From an uncultured Bacteroidales bacterium (GTDB lineage Bacteria > Bacteroidota > Bacteroidia > Bacteroidales > UBA10428), in the NCBI GenBank assembly GCA_964456825.1, contig CAYWCR010000007.1, positions 14,155 through 78,154 on the forward strand: a stretch of 64,000 bases of DNA, given 5' to 3'. Every line of letters starts with the position of its first letter. Position 1 is the first letter of the stretch. A model generated the notes under the pieces. That model did no database searches. It saw only the letters and a program-made list of their open reading frames with translations, and was not told the DNA's origin. Positions 1 through 9,244 of the stretch are shown one piece after another. A program made the position numbers and the translations under genes.

Positions 1-1209
1 GGCGGAAGCGTGAGCGGTGGCTGGGCCAGACAGGCGCAATTGTTTAACAGTGCCATAAAAGCCGTAAGGGATATCAGCGATACCACCGGTATAAAACCAA
101 AGATCGCCCTGCATGTTGCCGATCCGAAAAACATGGCCTGGTTCTATTCCAATATCATAAGCTATGGCGTAACGGATTTCGACATCATGGGTTTTTCATA
201 CTATTATGCCTGGCACAAGAAAAGTATTGCTGAGCTTGGCACAGCCGTGAAATCGTTAAAGACAGCCCATCCGGATTATGATGTAATGGCCCTTGAAACA
301 GGTTATCTATGGACAACCCGTAATTTTGACGGTATGGGAAATATCGTCACAACCCCCGATCCGGCCTATTTACCTGTAATCCCTGAAAAACAGCTTGAAT
401 ATATGGTCGATTATGCCCGCACGGTAATGAAAAACGGAGGTTCGGGGGTGATTTTCTGGGAACCGGCCTGGGTTTCAACACCCTGCAGGACACCCTGGGG
501 GAGGGGTTCATCACATGATCATCTGGTATATTTTGATCCCGTTAACACCAACTTTATGGCAAATGGCGGTGGGCGTTGGATGGAACCTCATTTTTATGAA
601 AACCCGGATGCGGTAAAGGTTACCTTTAAGGTGGGTATGAGCGGGCAGGATGTCTCCAAAGGTGTCTACATAGCCATTGATATGCCAGGCGATTCCGCAG
701 CTATAGTTCCGATGGCTGATCTCGGGGATGACCTGTACAGCTACTTCACTTATCTTGCTCCCGGCGATTCCGGTTCTTTCATTTTCCTGAATGACAGTAC
801 GCTTAGCGCCGGTGAGACGGTTCCTGCTGCCTGTGCCTTATGGGAAGGTACCGGGAGGAAATACGGCGTGGGGCAAAGCAATACTTCCTATGCCTATCAA
901 TGGGGAACCTGCAACCCTCCGGGAAGCACATCTTCAGACCAGGAGGGCAGTTTGCCCGGCTTTTATGTTCCGGGCATTGAAATCTATCCCAATCCTGCAC
1001 AACGCAACATTTTGGTCAGCATACCTTTTTCCTGTGAGGAAGCAACCTTTGAAATCCTGGATTTTTCGGGAAAAAGCATGAAAACCATGCATCAGAACAG
1101 CATGAAGGATCACGTTTCGATGGATATTGCTGATCTGCCTGCCGGAATCTATTTTCTGAAAATGATCACAAAAGATAATCTGATCATCCGGAGATTCATT
1201 CACGCATAA
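1..1209 (+). CDS. GH53 arabinogalactan endo-beta-1,4-galactanase, N-terminus cut by window edge, with C-terminal T9SS sorting domain
   Basis: Frame 1 is open from base 1; the track ORF 10..1209 begins at an internal GTG. GH53-type blocks FDIMGFSYYYAWH and GVIFWEPAW are present. The last ~80 aa (IEIYPNPAQRNILVSIP...GIYFLKMITKDNLIIRRFIHA) resemble a Por/T9SS C-terminal secretion domain. Confidence 0.75.
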   Translation, partial: GGSVSGGWARQAQLFNSAIKAVRDISDTTGIKPKIALHVADPKNMAWFYSNIISYGVTDFDIMGFSYYYAWHKKSIAELGTAVKSLKTAHPDYDVMALETGYLWTTRNFDGMGNIVTTPDPAYLPVIPEKQLEYMVDYARTVMKNGGSGVIFWEPAWVSTPCRTPWGRGSSHDHLVYFDPVNTNFMANGGGRWMEPHFYENPDAVKVTFKVGMSGQDVSKGVYIAIDMPGDSAAIVPMADLGDDLYSYFTYLAPGDSGSFIFLNDSTLSAGETVPAACALWEGTGRKYGVGQSNTSYAYQWGTCNPPGSTSSDQEGSLPGFYVPGIEIYPNPAQRNILVSIPFSCEEATFEILDFSGKSMKTMHQNSMKDHVSMDIADLPAGIYFLKMITKDNLIIRRFIHA

Positions 1210-1220
1210 ACAATAATTTA

Positions 1221-1244
1221 AAATCCCGGAAGTGTCCGGGATTT
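1221..1244 (+). terminator. Hairpin terminator after the GH53 gene
   Basis: AAATCCCGGA-agtg-TCCGGGATTT forms a perfect 10-bp stem 12 nt after the stop codon. The T-tract is short. Confidence 0.5.
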
Positions 1245-1277
1245 GCATGAGCACTGATTCTATACAGCGCTTTCTTG

Positions 1278-1306
1278 AAGTCCCCCCTGGGGGATTTAGG
1301 GGGCTT
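1278..1306. repeat. Short dispersed hairpin motif (Q motif), copy 1
   Basis: AAGTCCCCCCTGGGGGATTTAGGGGGCTT. A second copy lies at 29691-29722 (AAGTCCCCCACCTGGTGGGATTTAGGGGGCTT). The outer arms AAG(T)CCCCC / GGGGGCTT can pair. Confidence 0.6.
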
Positions 1307-1314
1307 TTTACATT

Positions 1315-1336
1315 TTTGGGTGGAAGACCGGGCTCC
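1315..1336 (-). repeat. Exact 22-bp copy of the tRNA-His 3' end plus 4 nt of flank (att-like direct repeat)
   Basis: TTTTGGGTGGAAGACCGGGCTC at 1315-1336 is identical to 1465-1486. An inverted 12-mer GCCCGGTCTTCC lies at 1401-1412 between the two copies. Confidence 0.8.
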
Positions 1337-1440
1337 CCGATTGGCTTTTCTGGGTCCCGGAATACCGGGACTACAAAAAGTCCATCGGGGCAGGCTTCTC
1401 GCCCGGTCTTCCTCATTTAAATAGAGTATTTTATGTAAAC

Positions 1441-1464
1441 AAAAATCCCGGTATTTCTACCGGG
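1441..1464 (-). terminator. Intrinsic terminator directly after tRNA-His
   Basis: The minus strand reads CCCGGTA-gaaa-TACCGGG followed by ATTTTT, starting 3 nt after the tRNA 3' end. Confidence 0.6.
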
Positions 1465-1467
1465 TTT

Positions 1468-1544
1468 TGGGTGGAAGACCGGGCTCGAACCGGCGACCTC
1501 CAGATCCACAATCTGGCGCTCTAACCAACTGAGCTACGACCACC
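1468..1544 (-). tRNA. tRNA-His (anticodon GTG)
   Basis: The reverse complement reads GGTGGTCGTAGCTCAGTTGGTTAGAGCGCCAGATTGTGGATCTGGAGGTCGCCGGTTCGAGCCCGGTCTTCCACCCA. D arm is GCTC/GAGC. Anticodon stem is CCAGA/TCTGG with loop TTGTGGA. T arm is GCCGG/CCGGT with loop TTCGAGC. There is an extra 5' G(-1), as in tRNA-His. In my hand fold the acceptor stem has two adjacent non-Watson-Crick pairs. Confidence 0.8.
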
Positions 1545-1739
1545 ATTTGGGACGGCAAAGATAAAAATCTTTCACAGGATATAAAAATATTCAACCCGTA
1601 AAAATATGAATTGGGTAATCCGTAGGGCGATCCTTGTGAACACCCTGTTTAAAGACAGCATTATGAAAAAAACGGTATCCGGAATGCTGCATTCAGTTAT
1701 CGGTTATCATAAGTCATTTTTCTTTCTTCTTTCATCCTT

Positions 1740-1747
1740 TATCTTTG
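1740..1747 (+). promoter_or_regulatory. Candidate Bacteroidota -7 promoter box (TATCTTTG)
   Basis: Exact match to TAnnTTTG, 33 nt upstream of the ATG at 1780. This supports the shorter start for the aminotransferase. Confidence 0.4.
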
Positions 1748-1779
1748 TTCTTTTAACTTTCATCATTTATCTGAACCAA

Positions 1780-3252
1780 ATGTCTTCACTGGAAAAATAT
1801 TTTGATCGTTTCCGTCAGCATATCATAGGAATCGATTCATGCTATGACACCCCCTATGGCAGAAAAAAGATAGTTTACTTCGACTGGGTAGCCAGTGGCC
1901 GGCTATACAGGCCAATTGAAGACAGGCTTGCCGGTGTTTTCGGTCCCTTTGTGGCCAATACCCATACCCAAACCAGCGAAACCGGAACCCGCATGACCCT
2001 GAGCTATCATCATGCCCATGCAGCGATAAAAAAGCACGTCCATGCCGGAACTGATGATGTCATTATCACTTTTGGGTCAGGCATGACATCCGTGGTAAAT
2101 AAACTTCAGCGAATCCTTGGGCTTAAAGAATGCAGCCTTCGCCATAAAAAGAACTGCTATTCCGTTGAGGAACGTCCTGTTGTCTTCCTTACCCATATGG
2201 AGCACCATTCAAACCAGACTTCATGGTATGAAACATTTGCTGATGTGGTAATGCTGAATCCGGGCAGTAACCTGCAGATCGATCTGAATGAACTCGAGGC
2301 CCAGCTGAAGAAATATGCTGACCGGAAATTTAAAATAGGCTCATTTACTGCATGTTCAAATGTTACCGGCATCATTACCCCTTATCACGAAATGGCTGCC
2401 ATCATGCACCGGCATCAGGGTATTTGTTTTGTCGATTTTGCTGCCTCCGCTCCGTATGTTAACATAGATATGCATCCCGGAGATCCCCTTCAGAAGCTGG
2501 ATGCCATTTTCTTTTCTCCCCATAAATTCCTGGGTGGGCCGGGATCATCAGGCGTGCTGGTCTTCAATTCCTCCCTTTATCATGCAACCGTCCCGGATGA
2601 CCCGGGCGGAGGGACGGTAGACTGGACAAATCCGTGGGGTGAATATAAATATGTTGATGATATTGAAGTCCGTGAAGACGGAGGGACTCCCGGTTTCCTT
2701 CAGACCATCAAGGCTGCCCTTGCCATCAACCTGAAGGAGAAAATGGGGGTGCATAACATAATGGAACGCGAAAAAGAACTCGTTTCATTGGCTTTTGCTG
2801 AATTAAAAAAGATTCCCGGCATAACAATACTGGCAGAAAAAGCCGAACACCGCCTGGGTATTATTTCTTTCTACCACCAAAAAATACATTATAACCTATT
2901 GGTCAGACTGTTGAGTGACCATTTCGGCATCCAGGTCAGAGGAGGCTGTGTCTGTGCCGGAACATACGGTCATTTTCTGCTCGAGGTCAGCTATGACCGT
3001 TCCCATGCCATCACAGAGAAGATCAATCATGGTGACCGCTCTGAAAAACCTGGCTGGATAAGGCTTTCGCTTCACCCTACCCTGCGTGATGAAGAACTTC
3101 TTTATTTTATGCAGGCTTTAAAACAAATTTCTTCCCATATTGATATTTTGAAAAAAGATTATCTTTATGATTCCAATAAGAACGAATTCGAACACACTTC
3201 ACGAATAAACAATACACCTGGATGGCTCCCGGAATGGTTTGATATCAATTAA
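1780..3252 (+). CDS. Class V aminotransferase-fold PLP enzyme (cysteine desulfurase/selenocysteine lyase-like)
   Basis: Track ORF 1606..3252. The block FFSPHKFLGGPGSSGVLVF and the overall layout are typical of class V aminotransferases. I place the start at ATG 1780 (MSSLEKYF...) because a TAnnTTTG box lies inside the upstream 58 codons. Start 1606 is not excluded. Confidence 0.7.
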   Translation: MSSLEKYFDRFRQHIIGIDSCYDTPYGRKKIVYFDWVASGRLYRPIEDRLAGVFGPFVANTHTQTSETGTRMTLSYHHAHAAIKKHVHAGTDDVIITFGSGMTSVVNKLQRILGLKECSLRHKKNCYSVEERPVVFLTHMEHHSNQTSWYETFADVVMLNPGSNLQIDLNELEAQLKKYADRKFKIGSFTACSNVTGIITPYHEMAAIMHRHQGICFVDFAASAPYVNIDMHPGDPLQKLDAIFFSPHKFLGGPGSSGVLVFNSSLYHATVPDDPGGGTVDWTNPWGEYKYVDDIEVREDGGTPGFLQTIKAALAINLKEKMGVHNIMEREKELVSLAFAELKKIPGITILAEKAEHRLGIISFYHQKIHYNLLVRLLSDHFGIQVRGGCVCAGTYGHFLLEVSYDRSHAITEKINHGDRSEKPGWIRLSLHPTLRDEELLYFMQALKQISSHIDILKKDYLYDSNKNEFEHTSRINNTPGWLPEWFDIN

Positions 3253-3261
3253 CGATTATTT

Positions 3262-4452
3262 ATGAATTGCATCGAAGTAACCAACAAAAAGACCCGTAAT
3301 GAATTTCACAGGGTACCTAAGATTCTTTACCACCATGATAAGAACTGGACCTGTCCGCTGGATATGGAGATTGAGAATATTTTCAATCCCTCAAAAAATG
3401 AATGCTTTCAGCGCGGGAATGCCGTAAGGTGGATACTGAAAGATGACTTTGGCAAGCTGATCGGCCGTATTGCCGCTTTCTATGATAACAAAAAGGCTTT
3501 GAACAACCCTCAGCCAACGGGTGGAATTGGTTTTTTTGAATGCATCGATGACCAGCAGGCTGCCAACCTTCTTTTTCAGACTGCCCGTGAATGGCTGGAG
3601 GCCAATGGTATGCAAGCCATGGATGGACCCATCAATTTTGGAGAAAATTTCGTCCACTGGGGGCTGCTGGTTGAGGGTTTTACCCAACAAGGCTATGGGA
3701 TGCCCTATAACTTTCCCTATTACAGGGAACTGTTTGAAAATTATGGTTTTCAGAATTACTTCGAACAGTACAGCTTTCATGACGTCTTCAGCAATCCCTA
3801 CCCCGAGAGGATGAAGAAATTCGCAGAACATTTTTTTGAAAAACCCGAGTATACCTTCCGCCACCTTGAAATGGACAAGGCAGAAGAATACCTGAAGCAG
3901 CTGGTTGAAATGTATAATAAAGTATGGTCTGATTTTCTGGAAAACTATACACCCCTCACATATGAGGATTTTCAGCATATTTTTGACGATGCCAAAGCCC
4001 TGCTGAATGAAAAAACCATCTGGTTTGCGTACCACAACGAAATGCCAATCGGATTCCTAATAGCATTCCCCGACATAAACCAGGTCTTCAGGAAGCTTAA
4101 AAACGGTAAACTACACATTATCAACATATTAAAAATGATATATTACCGGAAACGGGCAGTAAGCCGGGCACGATTGTTACTTTCTGGAGTTATTCCCGAA
4201 TATCAGCGGACCGGCGTGGTTGGAGCCATTTACCTCAGGCTGACCGAATCGATGAGGAGTATGGGAATGACCGAACTCGAACTGTCATGGGTAGGCGATT
4301 ATAATCTTACCGTAAACCGCATGTATACCCAGTTCGGCGCAACCAAGGCAAAAACCCATATAACCTATCGCTACCTGTTTGACAGAAACGCTGAATTTGT
4401 ACGATTCACCAATCAAAGCCAGAAGTTCAGCAAGAGAAGGAAAAATGAATAA
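3262..4452 (+). CDS. Probable GNAT-family N-acyltransferase (long Bacteroidota type)
   Basis: 396-aa ORF 10 nt after the previous gene. The C-terminal block VIPEYQRTGVVGAIYL resembles the GNAT acyl-CoA binding motif. No finer assignment is possible by eye. Confidence 0.5.
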   Translation: MNCIEVTNKKTRNEFHRVPKILYHHDKNWTCPLDMEIENIFNPSKNECFQRGNAVRWILKDDFGKLIGRIAAFYDNKKALNNPQPTGGIGFFECIDDQQAANLLFQTAREWLEANGMQAMDGPINFGENFVHWGLLVEGFTQQGYGMPYNFPYYRELFENYGFQNYFEQYSFHDVFSNPYPERMKKFAEHFFEKPEYTFRHLEMDKAEEYLKQLVEMYNKVWSDFLENYTPLTYEDFQHIFDDAKALLNEKTIWFAYHNEMPIGFLIAFPDINQVFRKLKNGKLHIINILKMIYYRKRAVSRARLLLSGVIPEYQRTGVVGAIYLRLTESMRSMGMTELELSWVGDYNLTVNRMYTQFGATKAKTHITYRYLFDRNAEFVRFTNQSQKFSKRRKNE

Positions 4453-4482
4453 GATTTCCTTTGCGTTTTAAAAATGATTATG

Positions 4483-4490
4483 TATTTTTG
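4483..4490 (+). promoter_or_regulatory. Candidate -7 promoter box (TATTTTTG)
   Basis: TAnnTTTG match 32 nt upstream of the L31 start codon. Confidence 0.45.
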
Positions 4491-4521
4491 CAAACCATTT
4501 TAAAAAACGGAAACAAAAAAG

Positions 4522-4788
4522 ATGAAAAAAGGAATACATCCGGACGCCTATCGTTTAATTGCTTTCAAGGATATGTCCAACGGAAATACCTTTGTAACCC
4601 GTTCCTCGGCTAATACCAAGGAAACTGTTACACTGGAAGACGGCATTGAATACCCGCTGGTGAAAATAGAAATTTCAAATACTTCGCACCCTTTCTTCAC
4701 CGGGAAGATGAAACTTGTCGACACGGCCGGACGCGTTGATAAATACATGAACCGGTACAAAGGCCATTTGGATAAAAAGAAGAAGTAA
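4522..4788 (+). CDS. rpmE: 50S ribosomal protein L31, type B
   Basis: MKKGIHPDAYRLIAF...SHPFFTGKMKLVDTAGRVDKYMNRY is a canonical L31. It lacks the CxxC zinc motif, which makes it type B. Confidence 0.9.
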   Translation: MKKGIHPDAYRLIAFKDMSNGNTFVTRSSANTKETVTLEDGIEYPLVKIEISNTSHPFFTGKMKLVDTAGRVDKYMNRYKGHLDKKKK

Positions 4789-4810
4789 TAATATTTTTTT
4801 TTTGCAATTG

Positions 4811-4845
4811 AGCTCCGTTCCCTTCGGGAAGACGGAGCTTTTTGT
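4811..4845 (+). terminator. Rho-independent terminator after rpmE
   Basis: AGCTCCGT...ACGGAGCT forms an 8-bp outer stem with an inner TCCC/GGGA stem, followed by TTTTTG. Confidence 0.75.
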
Positions 4846-4992
4846 TTATATTTACGAGGATGGCTACCGGCATGAATTTCAGTGGAAAATATAAATGGCA
4901 CAGCAATTGTCATATTCAATAGCTATTCTTTTTAATGAGGATAACTGACATTTTGTCCAGTACTTTGTTTACTTATTGCAGGAAATTAATTT

Positions 4993-7449
4993 ATGAGCAT
5001 ATCACAGGATAAAAAAAACAATAATTATATCATTGCCTCGTCCATTAATGATGACAGTGATTTTATTCCCCTTATTTCGGAAGAGGATGAAGATAGTCTG
5101 AATATGACACAGATACCGGATAGTTTGCCGATATTGCCGCTGCGCAATACTGTGCTGTTTCCCGGTGTCATCATCCCCATTACGGTCGGGCGGAATAAAT
5201 CAATGAAACTGGTGCGGGATTACTATCATAAGACAAAAATAATCGGAACGCTGGCGCAGAAAGATCCGAACAGCGAAGACCCCAATCCCGAAGAACTCTA
5301 TAAAACAGGTACCATAGCGCATATTTTACGGATACTCGAGATGCCCGACGGATCTACTTCTGTTATCATCCAGGGTAAAAAGCGTTTTCAGCTCGAAGAA
5401 ATCATCGCCACCGAGCCTTATCTTATCGGGAGAGTTAGTCCCATGGACGATTCCAAGCCCAGGAAAAAGGATCCGGAATTTGAAGCCATTATCGGCTCGC
5501 TTAAAGACCTTTCACTGAAACTCATTAAATTATCAAGCAATATACCGCAGGAGACATCTTTTGCCGTCCGAAATATTGAAAGCTCCTCCTTTCTGATCAA
5601 TTTTATCAGCTCCAACAGCGACATAAAAATGAACGAAAAGCAGCAGCTGCTCGAAACCAATAACCTGAAAAAAAGGGCAACCTTGCTGCTGCAATACCTG
5701 TCAAGGGAAGTTCAGCTGCTTGAACTGAAAAACGATATCCAGAATAAGGTCAAGATTGATATTGACCAGCAACAGCGCGAGTATTTTCTTCACCAGCAGA
5801 TGAAAACCATTCAGGATGAGCTGGGAGGAAATCCGCTGGAACAGGAGATTGAAGAACTGAAGGCCAAGGGAAGGAAGAAAAAATGGAACAAGGAAGTATC
5901 AGCAGTATTCCTGAAGGAAGTGGATAAGCTTAACCGCCTTAACCCGGCTACCGGTGAGTATTCGGTGCAGATAAACTACCTTCAGACATTGCTGGAGCTC
6001 CCCTGGCATGAATATACCAAGGATAATTTCGACCTGCGCCGGGCGCAGCATATTCTCGATAAGGATCATTTCGGGCTCGAAAAGGTAAAAGAAAGAATTA
6101 TCGAACATCTGGCCGTATTAAAGCTTAAAGGTGACCTAAAATCACCCATTATCTGCTTGCAAGGCCCTCCGGGAGTTGGAAAGACATCACTGGGGAAATC
6201 CGTCGCCAAAGCCCTTAACCGGAAATATGTCCGGATGTCGCTGGGAGGTCTCCATGACGAGGCTGAAATTCGTGGTCACCGTAAAACATACATCGGGGCA
6301 ATGCCCGGGCGTATCGTCCAAAGCCTGAAAAAAACAAAATCATCCAACCCTGTTTTTGTGCTGGATGAAATTGACAAGGTAGGAAGGGATTTTCACGGGG
6401 ATCCTGCCTCTGCCTTACTGGAGGTTCTTGATCCTGAACAGAACAGTACTTTTTATGACAATTTTCTTGAGCTGGAATATGACCTTTCCAAGGTGTTGTT
6501 CATCGCCACTGCCAATACCACCAGTACCATAAGTCCCGCACTGATTGACAGGATGGAATTGATAAACATTTCCGGCTATATCCTGGAAGAAAAAGTTGAA
6601 ATAGCCAAAAGCCATCTTATTCCCAAGGAACTTAAAAACCATGGCCTGACTAAAAAACACCTTAGCATTCCCGCCAGTACTATCGAATACATTATCGATA
6701 ACTACACCCGTGAGTCAGGCGTGCGGGAACTCGATAAGCAACTTGCCAAGATCTGCAGGGTCATTGCCATGAAGGTGGCGCTCAAGGAAAATTATAACCT
6801 TCGGTTAACCGAGAAGGATATAGAAACCATCCTGGGCCTTCCAAAATTTCTAAAGGATAAATATCAGGGAAATGAATTCGCCGGTGTCGTCACCGGTTTG
6901 GCATGGACCGCAACAGGGGGGGAAATACTCTTCGTTGAAACCAGTCTCAGCAGGGGTAAGGGGAATCTGACCATCACAGGCAACCTGGGTGAAGTGATGA
7001 AAGAATCAGCCGTCATTGCCCTTGAATATATCAAATCTCACAGCGAACGGCTCGATATCAAATCTGTTCTTTTTGATAACTGGAATGTGCATCTGCATGT
7101 GCCTGAAGGCGCAATCCCAAAGGATGGCCCCTCAGCCGGGATCACCATGGTCACTTCTATCGCTTCCGCAATCACCCAGCGAAAAGTCAGGAAAAATGTT
7201 GCCATGACCGGTGAAATAACCCTGAGAGGTAAGGTACTGCCGGTGGGAGGAATAAAGGATAAAATCCTTGCCGCCAAACGTGCTGATATCAACGAAATCA
7301 TTCTTTCGGAAGAGAACCGGAAGGATATCAGTGAGATAAAAGAAATCTACATCAAAGGGCTCACCTTTCATTATGTGGATAATATTATGCAGGTGCTGGA
7401 TCTAGCATTGCTGAAAGAGAAAGTTGATAAGCCTTTCAATTTTGACTAA
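4993..7449 (+). CDS. lon: ATP-dependent Lon protease (endopeptidase La)
   Basis: Walker A is GPPGVGKTS and the protease serine block is DGPSAGITM. The Lon N-terminal substrate domain is present. Length 818 aa. Confidence 0.95.
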   Translation: MSISQDKKNNNYIIASSINDDSDFIPLISEEDEDSLNMTQIPDSLPILPLRNTVLFPGVIIPITVGRNKSMKLVRDYYHKTKIIGTLAQKDPNSEDPNPEELYKTGTIAHILRILEMPDGSTSVIIQGKKRFQLEEIIATEPYLIGRVSPMDDSKPRKKDPEFEAIIGSLKDLSLKLIKLSSNIPQETSFAVRNIESSSFLINFISSNSDIKMNEKQQLLETNNLKKRATLLLQYLSREVQLLELKNDIQNKVKIDIDQQQREYFLHQQMKTIQDELGGNPLEQEIEELKAKGRKKKWNKEVSAVFLKEVDKLNRLNPATGEYSVQINYLQTLLELPWHEYTKDNFDLRRAQHILDKDHFGLEKVKERIIEHLAVLKLKGDLKSPIICLQGPPGVGKTSLGKSVAKALNRKYVRMSLGGLHDEAEIRGHRKTYIGAMPGRIVQSLKKTKSSNPVFVLDEIDKVGRDFHGDPASALLEVLDPEQNSTFYDNFLELEYDLSKVLFIATANTTSTISPALIDRMELINISGYILEEKVEIAKSHLIPKELKNHGLTKKHLSIPASTIEYIIDNYTRESGVRELDKQLAKICRVIAMKVALKENYNLRLTEKDIETILGLPKFLKDKYQGNEFAGVVTGLAWTATGGEILFVETSLSRGKGNLTITGNLGEVMKESAVIALEYIKSHSERLDIKSVLFDNWNVHLHVPEGAIPKDGPSAGITMVTSIASAITQRKVRKNVAMTGEITLRGKVLPVGGIKDKILAAKRADINEIILSEENRKDISEIKEIYIKGLTFHYVDNIMQVLDLALLKEKVDKPFNFD

Positions 7450-7523
7450 ATAGACCGTATCATTAATCAAACAAATGCTTTATTTTTAAGCTGACATAAT
7501 TTTTGTTCTAAACTAAAATTCAT

Positions 7524-8057
7524 ATGAAAATGGCTCCGGGATTTTTCTGGGGATTGATTCTGATCCTTCTTGGCCTGGCAATTATTTTCCGGATTGTCTT
7601 TGATGTCAATCTGTTCCGCATTATCATTGCCGTGGCGATTATTCTGTTTGGCGTGAGCATTCTGCTGGGCAAAAACCGGATCTCCGGGCAGTCAAAAAAA
7701 GACCGCGATGTAATATTCTCTGACCACACCTACCGGGAGATCCCGCATGACGGGACCAAGTATGACGTTGTATTCGGTAAATCGGTGTACGATTTTACGG
7801 GAATGGATCCGCAGATAAAGGAGACCATCAGCATAAAGATAGATGTTGTATTCGGTTCTGCGATCATTAAAATCAATCCTGATATGCCCGTCAGGATCAA
7901 ATCGGAAGCGGTTTTCGGAGGTTCACGAATGCCTGACGGGAATACCGTTGCATTTGGCAGCATTACCTATAATACCGATTCCTTTAAAAGAGATCTTCCC
8001 CACTTCTTTATTGAATCTGACGTTGTCTTTGGAGGAATTGAAGTCAGGGCCAAATAA
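7524..8057 (+). CDS. Membrane protein with LiaF-like C-terminal domain
   Basis: Two N-terminal TM helices are followed by four repeats of a (D/E)xVFG(G/S/K) motif (DVVFGKS, DVVFGSA, EAVFGGS, DVVFGGI), as in the LiaF/DUF2154 family. Confidence 0.5.
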   Translation: MKMAPGFFWGLILILLGLAIIFRIVFDVNLFRIIIAVAIILFGVSILLGKNRISGQSKKDRDVIFSDHTYREIPHDGTKYDVVFGKSVYDFTGMDPQIKETISIKIDVVFGSAIIKINPDMPVRIKSEAVFGGSRMPDGNTVAFGSITYNTDSFKRDLPHFFIESDVVFGGIEVRAK

Positions 8058-8072
8058 ACGCGGAACGATCTG

Positions 8073-8732
8073 ATGACAGATACCATCAAAAGGGGTACTA
8101 TGATCATTTGGGATTGGAACGGGACCCTGCTGAATGATATCGATATTTGTATTGAATCTATAAACCGGATCCTGGATACAAGGGGACAGCATAGGATCAC
8201 CAAAGAAATGTACCTGAGATTTTTCAGGTTTCCCGTAATTGATTTTTACAGGGACCTGGGATTCGATTTTAAGAAAGAAAATTTCAATGCCCTTTCTGAT
8301 GAATATATTCATCATTACCTCAGCATGGAATCACGTTCATCACTGCATGACGGAGCGGTTGATCTGTTAAAATATTTCGGGTCCTGCCATGTGCAACAGG
8401 TTGTTTTATCAGCTATGGAACAAAATACGCTCTCCGAATCCATCAAAAAACACAACATTCACCATTTTTTTAAGGAAATTATCGGCGTGAAAAATTTCTT
8501 TGGTCATGGAAAATTGGATTGCGCTAAACTTTATATTGAAAATTCATCTGTACCGGCCAGTAATATTACGCTGTTGGGGGATACAACACATGACCACGAG
8601 GTGGCCAGCAACCTGGGATGCCATTGCATTTTGATCGCCGGGGGGCATCAGCCCTATGAAAAACTCATGACAACCGGTGTTCAGGTTGAAAAAAATCTTG
8701 CTGCACTTTTCAGTCTTGTCACTAATTCGTAA
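8073..8732 (+). CDS. HAD-superfamily hydrolase (phosphoglycolate phosphatase-like)
   Basis: Motif I is IIWDWNGTL, where Asn replaces the usual second Asp of DxDxT. Motif IV is LLGDTTHD. Confidence 0.65.
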   Translation: MTDTIKRGTMIIWDWNGTLLNDIDICIESINRILDTRGQHRITKEMYLRFFRFPVIDFYRDLGFDFKKENFNALSDEYIHHYLSMESRSSLHDGAVDLLKYFGSCHVQQVVLSAMEQNTLSESIKKHNIHHFFKEIIGVKNFFGHGKLDCAKLYIENSSVPASNITLLGDTTHDHEVASNLGCHCILIAGGHQPYEKLMTTGVQVEKNLAALFSLVTNS

Positions 8733-8758
8733 TTTGTGCATAATATAATCCGCATACT

Positions 8759-9235
8759 ATGGCAAACGAAACACTAAAAATTGCCCTTTTTCCAGGCTCC
8801 TTCGATCCCTTTACCGTAGGGCATGAATCGGTCGTCAGAAGAGCATTGAAAATGTTCGACAAGATCATCATAGCCATTGGCTTCAATACCACGAAAACAG
8901 CTTATTTCCCCCTGGATAAACGCATCGCATGGATTAAAAAGGTATTTGCCGACACCGACAGGGTTGAAGTGCATAGTTTTAAAGGCCTGACTGTTGATTA
9001 CTGCAAGGCAGCAGGTGCCGGGTATATTCTGAGGGGACTAAGGACAGCCGCGGATTTTGAATACGAACGTGCTATCGCCCAGGTCAACAAAGCCATGTTC
9101 CCCGAGGTCGAAACAGTCTTCTTGCTGACACTGCCTCAGCATACCCCTATCAACTCCACGATAATCCGTGAGATCATTAAGCAAGGCGGAGATGCCAGCC
9201 AGTTTTTGCCGTCGAATTATAATATCAAAGAATAA
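8759..9235 (+). CDS. coaD: Phosphopantetheine adenylyltransferase
   Basis: FPGSFDPFTVGHESVV nucleotidyltransferase motif. Length of 158 aa is typical for CoaD. Confidence 0.9.
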   Translation: MANETLKIALFPGSFDPFTVGHESVVRRALKMFDKIIIAIGFNTTKTAYFPLDKRIAWIKKVFADTDRVEVHSFKGLTVDYCKAAGAGYILRGLRTAADFEYERAIAQVNKAMFPEVETVFLLTLPQHTPINSTIIREIIKQGGDASQFLPSNYNIKE

Positions 9236-9244
9236 ATTGAAAGT

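Noticed and set aside
934-1420. ORFs 934..1416 (-, 160 aa) and 1232..1420 (+, 62 aa) spanning the GH53 3' end and the spacer before tRNA-His
   Set aside because: They run across a terminator hairpin, the Q motif and the duplicated tRNA fragment, or lie antisense to the GH53 gene. The products are low-complexity and Pro/Gly-rich, so they look like repeat translation artefacts.
1315-1544. Intact prophage or integrative element at tRNA-His
   Set aside because: Only 128 bp lie between the direct repeats, and no integrase or other mobile genes occur anywhere in the window. At most it is a scar.
1606-1779. N-terminal 58-codon extension with a TM-like segment on the class V aminotransferase
   Set aside because: A TAnnTTTG box (1740-1747) lies inside the extension at the usual distance from ATG 1780. 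Class V aminotransferases are normally soluble. I keep it only as an alternative start.
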